DNA from: Eledone cirrhosa
Lineage: Eukaryota
Assembly (NCBI GenBank): GCA_964016885.1
Contig: OZ024741.1
Location: 350,238,001 to 350,302,000 of the forward strand
Length of the DNA: 64,000 nt
Reading direction: 5' to 3'
Positions 45,073 to 60,294 of this stretch are shown one piece after another. A program made the translations under genes and the position numbers. The notes beneath the pieces are model-generated. The model had not been told where the DNA came from, did no database searches, and was given only the letters and a program-made list of their open reading frames with translations. The first letter of the stretch is position 1. Every line of letters begins with the position of its first letter.

Positions 45073-46256
45073 TTAAAATCCAAAACGATTAATACAATAT
45101 CAATACAAATCATTCAAGAATAACAGATAATATATATCACTTCTCTAATTAAATCGTAGGTCAAATAACATGGTGTCAGTTGTATTAAAACAGGTAAAAG
45201 GTATTTGGAAGAGTAGTAATTTTCTAAGAATAAATTGGAAGTTATATAGTTTTAGCAAAGCAGTATTCATAGTTTGTTAGAACATTCCATCGAATTTAAC
45301 AGAGTTAAAGTTGAAAGATATTTACTGAAAACCTAAAATTATATCAGGAAACATGATATTATATCAGGAAACATGATATTATACGGAGCGATGTATGATT
45401 TAATGTTTAATTTGTTATAGAGATGTTATAACGACTATACTAATTATTAAATAATCAATAATATTTAACTAGATGTAAGAAGAATATATTAATATAAATA
45501 AACACACATTTTACCATTCATTCACACATGCACACTCTCTTTAAAAGTTGAGTATATCTAAATGGTTAACAAAAGAAGAAAGTGAATAGTTAAGAACTGA
45601 GAATTAGAACTCCGTCAAGTCGTATGCTGAACGAGTTTGCTATTCAGAAATGAAATAATAATAATAAAAAAAAGCCTATCGAATTCGTTTACTTTTCAGA
45701 TTTGATATCGCTGTCTGGAGATTATGCAATTAGTAGCATCTGTTGAGTTTCCTGACATACATTGCAGAGATCAAATGATTGTGAATCTTAGAGGACAAAA
45801 AACACAGGTTGTTTGTTGAATAATTATTTTATACTGCTTGCTCGGCAATAGTATAAATTGACTGTAAAACTCATCGAAGAGATCAATGAGGTTATTGATT
45901 CCTCACAGCAAATCAGGGGCGGATTCAATTTACTCGTCGTCTCTCTCCCACGAACGTTTCTTGTATTATGACTAGGTTAGAAAATTCTCATCCTTCTCTG
46001 CTGCTATGCTTCCGATAGATGACAGAATCAGTGTAGAGGAAGACAAAACCTCTATCGGTACTAAAGTTCGGTAAAAATAAATACCAGTAAAGTACTTGAA
46101 ATTGATCAAATTGACTCATGTAGTTAATATTCCATCTGGCCATTATAATTGGGAAAAACTATATATAACACAAAATAGTATAAAATAAAATTCCTTAAGT
46201 ATAGAGATCCGGTTGCGCTTTCTCCTTCAATTTCTTTCGCCTTACGTGTGTATGTT

Positions 46257-46358
<102 letters not shown>

Positions 46359-46886
46359 AGTATAAATACACATACCTCCTTAGAAAATGTAGAAAATGTC
46401 AAATGCAGAATTAACTGTAAACACAGTCGATTGCTATAAATATCTTAGAAAAGTGGTAAAATATACTTATATGCGGGGAAAAACTATCCAACAACTTTTC
46501 TCCGTCTATATGAGTATTTTACCGATATTAAAAGCTATTATTTAGAGCAGTCGACTGTGCTTACAGTTATTTCTATTTGAGATTTTCTAAGAAATTCAAA
46601 CCACTCAACGCTCCGATGGTGTATCTACACACATATATACGTATATATATTTGCCAAATTTGAGGTGCTTTTTTTATTTAACGCCCTAGAGACTTGAGTT
46701 GCTCTATTCCTTGGATGATAAAATATATTAAGAATTGAATATTCCTATGGACATAATCGGAATAGCGTTTCTAGATATTGTTCATTAGTGAAATAACGAA
46801 ACACGTGTCAATTGCATTAAAACATGTTGATCCTCTAACTGCGATGTTGTCATATTCATGTTACTTATTATATATATATATATATG

Positions 46887-47265
46887 TTTCCATTCATCAT
46901 GGTGCTCAAACCCCTTTCGGAGTCATTGGGATACTGCAGTGCCGAACGCTGCACCAACTGTCTCCATCTCTTGTCATGGGTGAGTGCTTGTGTTGTGGCA
47001 AAGTTCCTCCCCGTCCACTCAGCTATGTTGTCAATCCGCCATTTCCTCTATCTGACCCACCTTCTGCACTTTTCCCTTGAGAATCGTCTTAGAGGATCCG
47101 TCCGATCTTGTCACATGCCCATACCACTTCTATTTTTCCTCTTCACGTGGTCAGCAGATCTTCAAAGTGACTCACGTGCTGGCTGATCCTTTTGTGAGTG
47201 TCCTCGTTCATGACATGTTCTGTGTAAGACATTCCGAGGATTCTTTCGTAGCATTTCATTTACTA
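46887..47265 (-). mobile_element. RTE-clade LINE 3' fragment
   Basis: KWYGHVTRSDGSSKTILKG..., the typical RTE C-terminus, decayed. Confidence 0.7.
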
Positions 47266-47678
47266 CACTGTTTCGGGCTTTCGTTTGCTGTTCAGAGGCC
47301 ATGCATGGTCCATGACCTCATACATATATGTGTGTGTGAGAAAATAAGCAAATAGGATCACTAAATACATATATCTGCACGTAGAAACACCTAGAACAAA
47401 CACATGATTGAATGTATTTATACGTAATTAATACACTCCGAAAACAATGCCAATAATAACCAAATCAACCAGTGGATACGACCATAGAATGCCAAACTCG
47501 TAACTAATACACTTATTAAAACAAAGCCGATTACAAATTAAATGTATATACTAGATCCAAGACATCATCTATAATTCCTATCTCAAACATTATCCACAGT
47601 CCCCGACTCAAACTTCGCAAACCCAACCACCAACCCGCTCTAAATATGAGTATGGGGGAGACAGACTGTGTGTGTGTG

Positions 47679-47709
<31 letters not shown>

Positions 47710-47919
47710 TAACAGGCATGTAAAGACTGGAAAAATTGGGTAACAGGTAGCTAGGAGAGAAACTAGATAAGTTATACACACCTCGGATAGAGGCTGAAAA
47801 AAGAAAGTTGACCAATGTCTTGCGACGTAAGAATCAGAGACGTGAAGTGTTCCGTATTGCAAGGCCGTGAGTCTGTGTGAATCGGGATGTTGTTGAGGAA
47901 AGGTGCGTGAGAAACGACA

Positions 47920-49173
47920 CTGGTGTACTTTGCACCACTGATGCTCAACACAAAGAAGCATAGAAATGTTACTATGAGAGGATGAGGATTGTAGAAAATG
48001 AATGTTAGGAGGAGAGCCAACTACAAACTTTCCCGAAAGAAGGACCAGCTATTAAAATTGACAGTTAGAGGGTCAAAGAAGCAATCAAAGAGATGAAGAA
48101 TGGTAAACTGCGGGACGATCAGAGATAGTTAAAGGTACCAGGAACAGTAGTTGTCGAACTGATAACGCACATAGTCAATCAAATAATACAGGATAGAGTC
48201 ATACTCAATGACTGGCGCAGCAGTACAATCATAAATTGCTACAAGGGTAAAAGGGATACTCTAGAAAGGAGCAACTATAGAGGAATAAAACGAATAGACC
48301 AAGTTATGAAATTGACGGAAAGATTTATAGCACAGCTAATTAGGGAAATAGTCAAATTAGATAAGATGCAGTTCGGAAAAAGTCCTACAGTTGCTCTTGT
48401 TTTACTGAGGCAACTACAGGAGAGATCCAAATCGAGAATAATCTGGCATATTTCGCTTTTGTTGATCTAGAAATGGCTTTGACAGAGTACCTCGAGCTAT
48501 TACCTGGTTGACCATAAAGAAATGAGGTGTGGAAGTATGCCTTGTAAAAGCATTGTAAGACATGCACAGAAGAGCTGTCAGTAAAGTAAGAGTGTGTATA
48601 ATGAGAAATTATATGTACATGTAGGAGTTCATCAGGGTTCGGTTCCTAACCTACTACTGTTCATCATAGTTTTGCAGGCCATAACATAAGAGCTTAAGAT
48701 TGGCTGTCCATGGGAAATTCTTTAGGAAGATGACTTGGTTCTTATAGCTAAATCAATAAAAGAACTAGAGAGTAAGTTCCGAATAAAGAAACAGAATTTG
48801 TAATTAAAATGTCTGAGAGTAGACTTAGCAAGACTAAAGTGCCTGTATATAGGAAAGAAGATAGGACCCTGATTCCCTCAGGGAAGTGGCCCTACTCCAT
48901 ATGAAAAAAAAGGTGTAGGCGTAAACTTGATACGATGTGCACAATGTAAATCTTGGTTACACAAGAGGTGTCGTAGGATATCAGGTAGGCTAACAGGGAA
49001 TCCCATTGGAAAAAAGACCTGGGCAGACGTGGTGAAAGCTGATCTCAAATCGCTGAGACTCGCATAGAAGATGACGAAGGAATGCGGTGAGTGGAGAGAT
49101 GCTGTACTGAAGAGGACCCTTCCATCCTATGCAAGCGTTGACAAACGGACGTAAAAACGATGATGATGATGAT
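47920..49173 (+). mobile_element. Decayed RTE-clade LINE (RT region plus 3' tail)
   Basis: EAIKEMKNGK...DWRSSTIINCYKGK...NYRGIK...FAFVDLE...VGVHQGSV...DDLVLIA with many stops. Ends ACGTAAAAAC(GAT)n. Confidence 0.85.
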
Positions 49174-49217
49174 AGATATACACACATATATTCCTTATTA
49201 AGACCAATCTTAGGTTT

Positions 49218-49276
<59 letters not shown>

Positions 49277-50038
49277 ATATATATATATATATACATACAT
49301 GTGTGTGTGTGTGTGTGTGTGTACACACATATATGTTTGTGAAAAAATGCCTCTCTTTATGTGTGTGTGTGTTTGTGTGTGTGTGTTCATGACAGAACAT
49401 TGTGTTCTTGGGCATTTCACGTTGCTTTTCTTAATAAGACTGAACACCAAAGAAACCTTCTAAGAGCTGCAACCTCAAAGGAGGCCAGCTACGTTTCTAC
49501 AAGTGAGTGCCTTATATTTCATATTAATTCATATTTTCATATATGGCAATATATCATAAAATGGGTGGTTTGGTTTGGTGTGGTGTGTTTGTATGTCAGC
49601 AATAACGTACAATAGGCGAATGTATCTGTATTTGTTACAGGCCCAAACTCATACACAGATAAACAAACAGATTCTATTATTATATGTCAGCGTTTTGATT
49701 GCGTTCGCCTTACATTTAGACGGTCTGTCTGTGTATTTATATTGACGGGAGACAAATCTGTCACCGACATCTCACCTGACAGGTGACAGCAACATATGAG
49801 GGGAGCGTGAAATAACATCAAAGATCTTAACAGACTCAATGAAATCAGTGGCCACTTAACCAGTAAGACGAAATCAGCACAGAAATGTTTCGAGATGTAA
49901 TTGATTTTTAAACCTCTCTCTCTTTCGCCCCCTCTCTCTTAGAGAGAAGGGGGATAGAGAGGGGGCTCTCTATCCCCCTTCTCTCTCTCTCTCTCACCTG
50001 TGCACGCTCATTCTGTGTGTAGTATGTGTAAGTATGTA

Positions 50039-50310
50039 AAGGCACTCCGTCGGTTACGACGACAGGTGTTCCAACTGATCCGATCTATGAAACAATCTGC
50101 TCGTGAAATTAACGTGCAAGTGGCTGAGCATTCCACAGACACGCGTGACGTAGTTCTCAGGGAGATTACGCTAACCCGTAACGTAGTTCTCAGCGAGATT
50201 CAGCGTGACACTGAACGTGACAAGGCTGGCCCTTCGAATTACAGGTACAACTCTTTTTGCTAGCTGGGTGGACTGGAGAAACACCTTAACCACAAAGCCA
50301 CACACCTTCA
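50039..50310 (-). mobile_element. SINE (family B-type head with a different body)
   Basis: The minus strand begins GAAGGTGTGTGGCTT...CTCCAGTCCACCCAGCT. There is an internal duplication of ACGTAGTTCTCAG.GAGATT. Confidence 0.6.
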
Positions 50311-50461
50311 CATAAGTATATATATAGCATATTAAGGGATAATGTAACACGTTTTAATTTCTAATAAGAATTTCCCATTTACATTAAAGTTAATTTCATT
50401 CATGAAATTTATTGGTTAAATATCTAATTAATCATTTCATTTCTTCTTTTTCTTCTACATT

Positions 50462-50565
50462 TTCTTCTTCTTCTTCTTCTTCTTCTTCTTCTTCTTCTTC
50501 TTCTTCTTCTTCTTCTTCTTCTTCTTCTTCTTCTTCTTCTTCTTCTTCTTCTTCTTCTTCTTCTT
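50462..50565. repeat. (TTC)n microsatellite
   Basis: Direct observation. Confidence 0.95.
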
Positions 50566-50872
50566 GGAAGGTTATTTCAACATTTTCGATAGTGAATTAG
50601 TAGAATTAATATACAACCGACCTAAATTATACATAGTATTTGATGTCATTACACATACACACATGAACCAAGGGCTTCAAAACAGTTTCTCTTAACCAAA
50701 TTCCACTCACTAAGGTCAATCCAGCCGAGGTTATTGTAGAATACGGTTAAGCCAGCTGTCTTGTAGTCAAATCGAAACCAGACACACATGGTTGCATAGA
50801 ACTATGTCTACGCCCGTTATTAAAAAAATATGTTTTAAGTATGTCTTTATATAATTTGTGATTTTATTAACA

Positions 50873-51079
50873 TACGAAGGTTGGCTGAAAAATTCATAGA
50901 CTGACGAAGATACTCTCATGGAATGACCAAATGAGATTTATTTTTCAACATAGTCCCTGGAAAGAAACAATACAGTTATTATTAATAAAAGAAGAGTTGA
51001 AATTAATACATGCACGATTTGACAGCTCTAGCACCATCCCTTCGTGTTCAGCCTTCCAGCTTTTTACCCGACCCTTGTA
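50873..51079. mobile_element. mariner-type MITE remnant
   Basis: TACGAAGGTTGGCTGAAAA ... TTTTTACCCGACCCTTGTA imperfect TIRs. Confidence 0.55.
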
Positions 51080-52038
51080 TAAGATAACATACTAAAACAA
51101 GTTATTTGAGCAGAATATGGAGTTTAACCTCCAGTTCATTAAAAAAAAAAAACCCATTCTAAACTGAATGGGCTATCAATGGAACCCTGCAATGTGACAT
51201 GCAATCACTTCGTTGCTACAAAACAGGCGTTGTATTCTAATATTGCTATAAAACATTTCTTTTGGGGAGAGTGGGGGTAAGGGGGCATTTGTTCCAGCAG
51301 TCATTTATTGACAGACGAAACAGACAGAGATAGGGAAAAAAAAAAAAAAAAAAAATCTGTGGGACGTGAGGGTTTTAAAAATTCCCTTACAGGCGGGAAT
51401 ATATAATTGAGCGACTGCAAATAATTTAGTTTAGTGGTTTTATCTATTTATCACCATCGTAACTCTACATCTGGTATTTGACGTAGATGCTCAAATAATC
51501 AGAAGTCATATCCTAATTTAAGTTTAATTACCAACCAATGGTAGTTTCATAAATAATGAACAAATGGACAGTTGTAGAAATGTTGTGTTACTATATCGCT
51601 TTCTGGCAGGCTTCATATTTTTCTATCCAATGGTTTCATAAATAACTGTGGTCAAATAATGAACGAAATACGATAAAATGGCATCCATATCAAATGGACT
51701 GTTGTAGAACTTTAGTGTCACAATATCTCTTTCTGGCAGGCTTCACATGTTCTTATGTTTGTTTGTGTGTGTTTGGAGAGGGAGAGGCGGAAAATTCGTA
51801 AAATGGGTAAAAACAGCAATAACAAAAAAGTCTTAAAAACAAATCTAAAAGTATAATCATCTAAATCTAGCTATCTAAATCTACTTTTCATTTTCTCTCT
51901 TCTCTCCACTCACGGTTTGTAGCCAGACCACCCGTTGGGTCAAAAATGCTGTCTAGTAACAGGACTCTACGCGGCGATATACTAAGATCTAGTAGACACG
52001 GTCTAATGTTTGAATGATTGTAATAAATAAGTATATAT

Positions 52039-52107
<69 letters not shown>

Positions 52108-52533
52108 TAAACACACATACATACATTAGTTGTTGTCTAGCCAGTAATACGACTGCGTTGAAATAACTAGACCAAGTATGTATGTATTTATGTTTGTATC
52201 ATGTATAAATATACGTGTGTGTGTGTGTTCAGTCATATGCTGTCTAATCAGTAATAAGATTCTGGGGTGGAATATATAAAATTTGTAGACAATCTTGTGA
52301 CTGTACATACATACGAACGTATGCATGTATGTATGTATGTATATATATATGTATGTATATATATATATATATATGTATGTATGTAGATTCGATCGCAGCA
52401 CCGTTAATTGTTTAAATGTGTGTGGGGGCGGTATGTGTATATGTGTGTGTATGTATATGTATGTGTGTGTGTGTATATGCATGTCTATATGTATATATAT
52501 AGATATGTATATGTGTGTGTATGCATGTATGTA

Positions 52534-52577
<44 letters not shown>

Positions 52578-52788
52578 AATTTTAGTACAGCATTAACGAA
52601 GTTTTAGGCTGCGGCTAAGCTAACGAATGCAAATTCGGAATGTAGCTTTAACACTCGATGGAGAAAAATACCCCAGAGTAATAACAATACGTTTAGACAG
52701 CTTTGCAAATCAAATATAGCTATCGGCAGTCCAGTCGCATTGCCATAGCAACGAAAAAGACTGGACTCAGGAAAAGATTTTTGACTGA

Positions 52789-52831
<43 letters not shown>

Positions 52832-52915
52832 TTCATGCAGCCATCATGTATGTATGTATGTATGTATGTATGTATGTATGTATGTATGTATGTATGTACG
52901 TATGTAATTTATACG

Positions 52916-52959
<44 letters not shown>

Positions 52960-52984
52960 TATATTTTTCATATATATTTACCTA

Positions 52985-53500
52985 CACTGCGATTATCTGT
53001 TTCTCTCTTTCTCTCTTACTGCTCCCCCGTTCTCTCTGTTTCTCTTACCTTCTTTCGCCCCCTCTGTCAGTTACACTTTCTCTCGACTGACCTCTTCCTC
53101 GCACTTCCACTCACTCACTCTCTGTTTCTCCCCTTCTCACTTCCTCCCGTTCGCTAGTAGTGGGGTTCCTTCTTTCTCACACCGCATTCACGGCGTACGG
53201 TCTGCTTCTGTGACCGCTCATGAAATTCACCCGGCTTATGCTGATCGGATAACTATCATGTTGCTTGCTGTTTTTCCAACCTTCGGTTTGCTTTTCCTTC
53301 TGTTGTTTACTTGTCTCACTCGCTTTACGCGTTTCACTTGTCCCAATAGCTTATTTTAGTTATTGCTCGCACCAACCTGAGGTATCTGATTTTTAATGCG
53401 ATGAAATACCAATGATGGTTGGCAAATCACTGATGAGGGACTAATTTTATAATATGTAATCCATGTGCAACCATGCAATATTCTTCTCCCCTTGTTTTTC
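52985..53500 (+). repeat. About 500 bp structured repeat; inverted homolog at 63570-64000
   Basis: Long colinear similarity (TCTGTCAGTTACACTTTCTCTCGACTG...CCATGTGCAACCATGCA). Ends in (TA)n. Confidence 0.8.
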
Positions 53501-54379
53501 ATATATATATATATATATATATATATGGATGAGGGTGTGTGCAAGCGCATGCGTGTTTGCATGTCTATGTCTATGTATTTCTTCATGTATATATGTTTCT
53601 ATGCTACTATGTAAGCAAACATACGTGTTTATATCGATGTATGCATGCATGTATATACGTACGTGTGAGTGTGTGTATATACATACGTGTGAGTGTGTGT
53701 ATATACGTACGTGTGAGAGTTTCTGTCTAATTTAGTTTATTTGTACAAAAAAGGAAGGACTCCCACAACATAAACCGTTAAGAATATCACCAAAATAACT
53801 ACAATCTACACCATCCTCAACATCATTCTCTCTATCAATAGCCCCACATCCAAAGTTCTCGTTTCAGCGGGGTACCCCCCCCCCCCCCCCCACACACACA
53901 CACAAACACACACATACTTTTTTCAAACGTCTATGTTTTATATTTTGTTTATTTGATATAATAAATTCTTTTTAAGCTTATTTTTTTATATCCGATCATT
54001 TGAATATATAAAATTTAATTTGCATAAAATGTTACTTATGTGATAGGGTACCGGAAAAGCGCCTTAAGCAATACTTTAAGAATCAACAAATCTTGCTTTG
54101 TTCCCCTCACATTTTAAAGGTAAATGAGGCCCCTGTCCACATCATATCCCCGACACCATAACTACTACTAACACTCATCATTCTCATATCAATAGCAAAA
54201 TCACCATAATCATCACCATCATCAACCATGCTACAAAAACGACAGTCACCATTGCCATCATCATCATCGTTATCTCTGCGTTTCTTCGTTACCCAAACCA
54301 AACTATTCTTTCTTTATCCCAATCTCTCCATCCCCTTTTTAATCTTTTAATCTCTCTTTTGACATTCACCATATAGACA

Positions 54380-55835
<1,456 letters not shown>

Positions 55836-55998
55836 TTGAAAAGGTGAAGAATAACATGGTCAACAGTACAAAAAAGGGATTATTTATTTACAGTCTGACA
55901 ATTGTTTCACTGATTAAGTTGTCTAAAAATTGCTGAACACTAGAAGCAGTGCCACTCAATTTCAAATACATATACATATATAAACATATATATATGTA

Positions 55999-56064
<66 letters not shown>

Positions 56065-56072
56065 ATTATATA

Positions 56073-56145
<73 letters not shown>

Positions 56146-56156
56146 TATATATATAA

Positions 56157-56189
<33 letters not shown>

Positions 56190-56211
56190 AACGGAAAAAA
56201 TGAAACGGAAT

Positions 56212-56251
<40 letters not shown>

Positions 56252-56422
56252 ATACAATAACAGAGATAGCTTAAAGCTAAACTCCGACTGGTAACCAACT
56301 CACTCAACAAACATTAGGTTATATGTTAGTATAAACCCAATTTAAGTGTTTGGGGTGGTAACTATATGTATTTTGTGGAAAGCCAGTTGTATTATTTTAT
56401 GTGATATAATTAAAGTTAAAAC

Positions 56423-56477
<55 letters not shown>

Positions 56478-57867
56478 TATATATATATAAAAATATATAT
56501 ATATATAAAAACACACGCACTAGTTGCTTTCACTCCAATCTATTATAAATTTTTAAAAAAATTCATAAATGTCCAGTTGGTTGGTTCCACAACCGGACGG
56601 TTGTTCATATATTGTCAAAGTTCTTTCGTCACACATTCTGTGACCTCATCAGTGACCGTCGATTCTTTTTCTTTGTTGTGTGCCTCTCCTTTGTTCTGTC
56701 CTACGCCATCTTGTTTTTGTGTGTGTTGTGTGCTTAGTTTGCGCATGTGTTACATCCGGGTGTCTGTGTGTGTTTTTATTTGTTTATTTATTTGTTTATT
56801 TACATGCTACTAGTCGGTTGTTTGTTCTATATGTGTGTGTTTTCATTTTGTCCTTAATTGTAAGTTGTGATGTTGCTATTCCATTCATGTTTTATATTTA
56901 ATTTTGGTTGGAGTTCATTTATGTTTATTGCCTCTGATTTGTCTAAACATTGCGTCTTTTCTGTGTAGATTTTATTTTTATTTCTATGTTCTCTAATTTG
57001 CCCTTATGTTCTATTTTAACATGTTGGTGGAGTAGAACATGACCCTCCCAAAGTATAACAATATATATATAAACATTTATAGAAATATATATATATCTAA
57101 ACAGTTATATATATATAACTATATATATATAAACATTTATAGAAATATATATATATATAAACAGTTATATATATATAACTATATATATATAAACATTTAT
57201 ATATATATATATTGTGGCTACATGTTTCCGGACGCAATTTTCACTGTGTCACACCCCTGGCGTATTGTTATTACTCTGAGCTATGATTTATCGATATCAC
57301 CTCATTGGATGCTTTCTGCCAGCCCTCAGAAGATTGATTTTGAAAAATGCTAATCGCAGCTGTAACTTCGATTTTACTCACTATTATATATATATATATA
57401 TATCAAGCGTTGTAAAATGTCTTTTGCTTTGTTATTTCTGTATATTTTTTAAATGTACACATATACGTTTATGTATATATGTGTATGTATGTGCGTGCGA
57501 AACGTGAACGAAGAAAAACTGCATTGGTGAACAATGCAGTAGAATGCTTGATATAGTAGGAGAAACCATAACACTTCGGATATTAGTCCTTCATCGGAAG
57601 ATGAATGAAAGCGAGAAGAAATAGAAAGATAGACGACAATAAGAATAAGAAGAAACGAAAACATTCTTTACAGGAAGCGTGTGTGTATGTTTGTGTGTGT
57701 GTCTGGGTCCTGCGGCTAAGCAGTTCGACGAAAAAGTGATCAATAATATAGATACCAAATTTTACAAAAAATACTGGGGTCAATAAGGTTGACTAAATCG
57801 AGGCGGTACCCCAACGTGGCCGCTGTGTAATGACAAACTAGTTGTTAAAAAAAAAAAATTATTAAGA

Positions 57868-58020
57868 ATTGTTTCTACTTTAGGCACAAGGCCACCAACT
57901 ACTTTATTTTATCGACCCTGTAAGGATGAAAGGCAAAATTAACCTCGGCGGGATTTGAACTCAGAACGTAAAGGGCCACAACTCCATGCTGCAAAGCATG
58001 ATGTCTGGCGCTCTACCGAT
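57868..58020 (-). mobile_element. Family A SINE (a diverged second copy follows to about 58200)
   Basis: Matches 8203-8390 in reverse. Confidence 0.8.
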
Positions 58021-58785
58021 AATGATTTCTAATTTTGGCAAGAAACCAGCAATTTAGGGAAAGAGTAAGTCGATTATATTGACCCTAGTACTTGATTGAT
58101 ACATTATTTTATCAACTTTGTACTCAGAACATTAACAAATCGAAAATAAATACCGCAAAGCATTTTGCTCAACGCTCTAACGACTCCGCCAATCAAACGC
58201 CCTAAAAATAATTAATAAGTAAGCTCCTGGTGAGATGATTTTTACGAAACTCTAATTTTATCCTTAATTGTAGCTATTCCACTTCACGTACGTTGTTAAT
58301 GGTTTTGTGACAGCCATGGATATCATTGCCTTGTTATGTTTCCCACTTATGAATCAGAACGTTTGTTTCTATCTGTAAAAATAAATGTTTTGGTTTGTCT
58401 CTTTGTTATTGTTTATTGTGACTTAGCCAAATGCCAAAACTAATGGGGTTGGACATATGACAAGAGTAAATCCATCCGTATTCAATAAGTCATTTTTAGT
58501 TTTGTGTGCCTATATATATACACACATAAAACTAAAAATAGCATATTGAATACTCTTATCACATGTCCACACCCATTAGAGTTATAAATAAATATATATA
58601 TATAAATAATTACAATAGTGAGGTTGAAAGTTCAATTTCCTGGCCAGGCAATGCATTGTGTCCTTGAGGAAAACATCTATTTCACGTTGCTCTAATTCAC
58701 TCAGCTGTAGAAATGAGTTGCTCTTATATATATATATATATGCATGTATGTGTATATATATAACTGGGTATGTGCATATATAAAT

Positions 58786-58840
<55 letters not shown>

Positions 58841-59020
58841 AGTATGCATGTATACGTACATACATATATGTATACAGACGTACAGTAGCATGCACATATA
58901 TATATATATATACATATATATATACATATGCATACAGGTACACATACATATATGCACGTATCAGTTTAGCGGCGCTAACGTCGCTTTGTTCGCTTTGTTC
59001 AACTATCTGGCAGATGGGTA

Positions 59021-59065
59021 AACGGTGCTGATGATAGCTAACAAGCTTGAAACTAGTACATCGTT
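59021..59065 (+). ncRNA. Type I hammerhead ribozyme, unit 1
   Basis: AACGGTG-CTGATGA-T AGCT AACA AGCT T-GAAAC-TA-GTA-CATCGTT. Predicted cut after 59058. Confidence 0.9.
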
Positions 59066-59486
59066 CCTGTGTCAGTGTTGAACAAAAAGGTGACGTGGTT
59101 GCCTTAACACCGTATGGCATAAATTCAGGCAGTTCAGTTTGTTTACAAACGAACAAAGCGACGTTAGCGCCGCTAAACTGATACGTGCATATATGTATGT
59201 GTACCTGTATGCATATGTATATATATATGTATATATATATATATATGCGCATGCTACTGTACGTCTGTATACATATATGTATGTACGTATACATGCATAC
59301 TTACATTTAAGTAAGTGCCATACTAAGAGTGAGAAATGAAATTTCGTTTTCATTTTGTTTCAATTTATCATTTTCGGTATGCCTGACCGATTTAACTCAC
59401 TCAATATGCAAATTAGGCTGCTCAGCCGTTAATTTTCATAAGGAAAGTATATACTTTCGAACGTTCAACTATCTGGCAGATGAGTA

Positions 59487-59531
59487 AACGGTGCTGATGA
59501 TAGCTAACAAGCTTGAAACTAGTACATCGTT
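59487..59531 (+). ncRNA. Type I hammerhead ribozyme, unit 2
   Basis: Identical to unit 1. Predicted cut after 59524. Confidence 0.9.
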
Positions 59532-59950
59532 CCTGTGTCAGTGTTGAACAAAAAGGTGACGTGGTTGCCTTAACACCGTATGGCATAAATTCAGGCTGTT
59601 CAGTTTGTTTACAAACGAACAAAGCGACGTTAGCGCCGCTAAACTGATACGTGCATATATGTATGTGTACCTGTATGCATATGTATATATATATGTATAT
59701 ATATATATATGTGCATGCTACTGTACGTCTGTATACATATATGTATGTACGTATACATGCATACTTACATTTAAGTAAGTGCCATACTAAGAGTGAGAAA
59801 TGAAATTTCGTTTTCATTTTGTTTCAATTTATCGTTTTCGGTATGCCTGACCGATTTAACTCACTCAATATGCAAATTAGGCTGCTCAGCCGTTAATTTT
59901 CATAAGGAAAGTATATACTTTCGAACGTTCAACTATCTGGCAGATGGGTA

Positions 59951-59995
59951 AACGGTGCTGATGATAGCTAACAAGCTTGAAACTAGTACATCGTT
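59951..59995 (+). ncRNA. Type I hammerhead ribozyme, unit 3
   Basis: Identical to unit 1. Predicted cut after 59988. Confidence 0.9.
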
Positions 59996-60294
59996 CCTGT
60001 GTCAGTGTTGAACAAAAAGGTGACGTGGTTGCCTTAACACCGTATGGCATAAATTCAGGCTGTTCAGTTTGTTTACAAACGAACAAAGCGACGTTAGCGC
60101 CGCTAAACTGATACGTGCATATATGTATGTGTACCTGTATGCATATGTATATATATATGTATATATATATATATATATGTGCATGCTACTGTACGTCTGT
60201 ATACATATATGTATGTACGTATACATGCATACTTACATTTAAGTAAGTGCCATACTAAGAGTGAGAAATGAAATTTCGTTTTCATTTTGTTTCA

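Noticed and set aside
53370-53425. SECIS-like TGA/GA quartet in the covarying motif
   Set aside because: Helix spacing and AA placement do not fit, and the motif is not conserved as such in the other copies.
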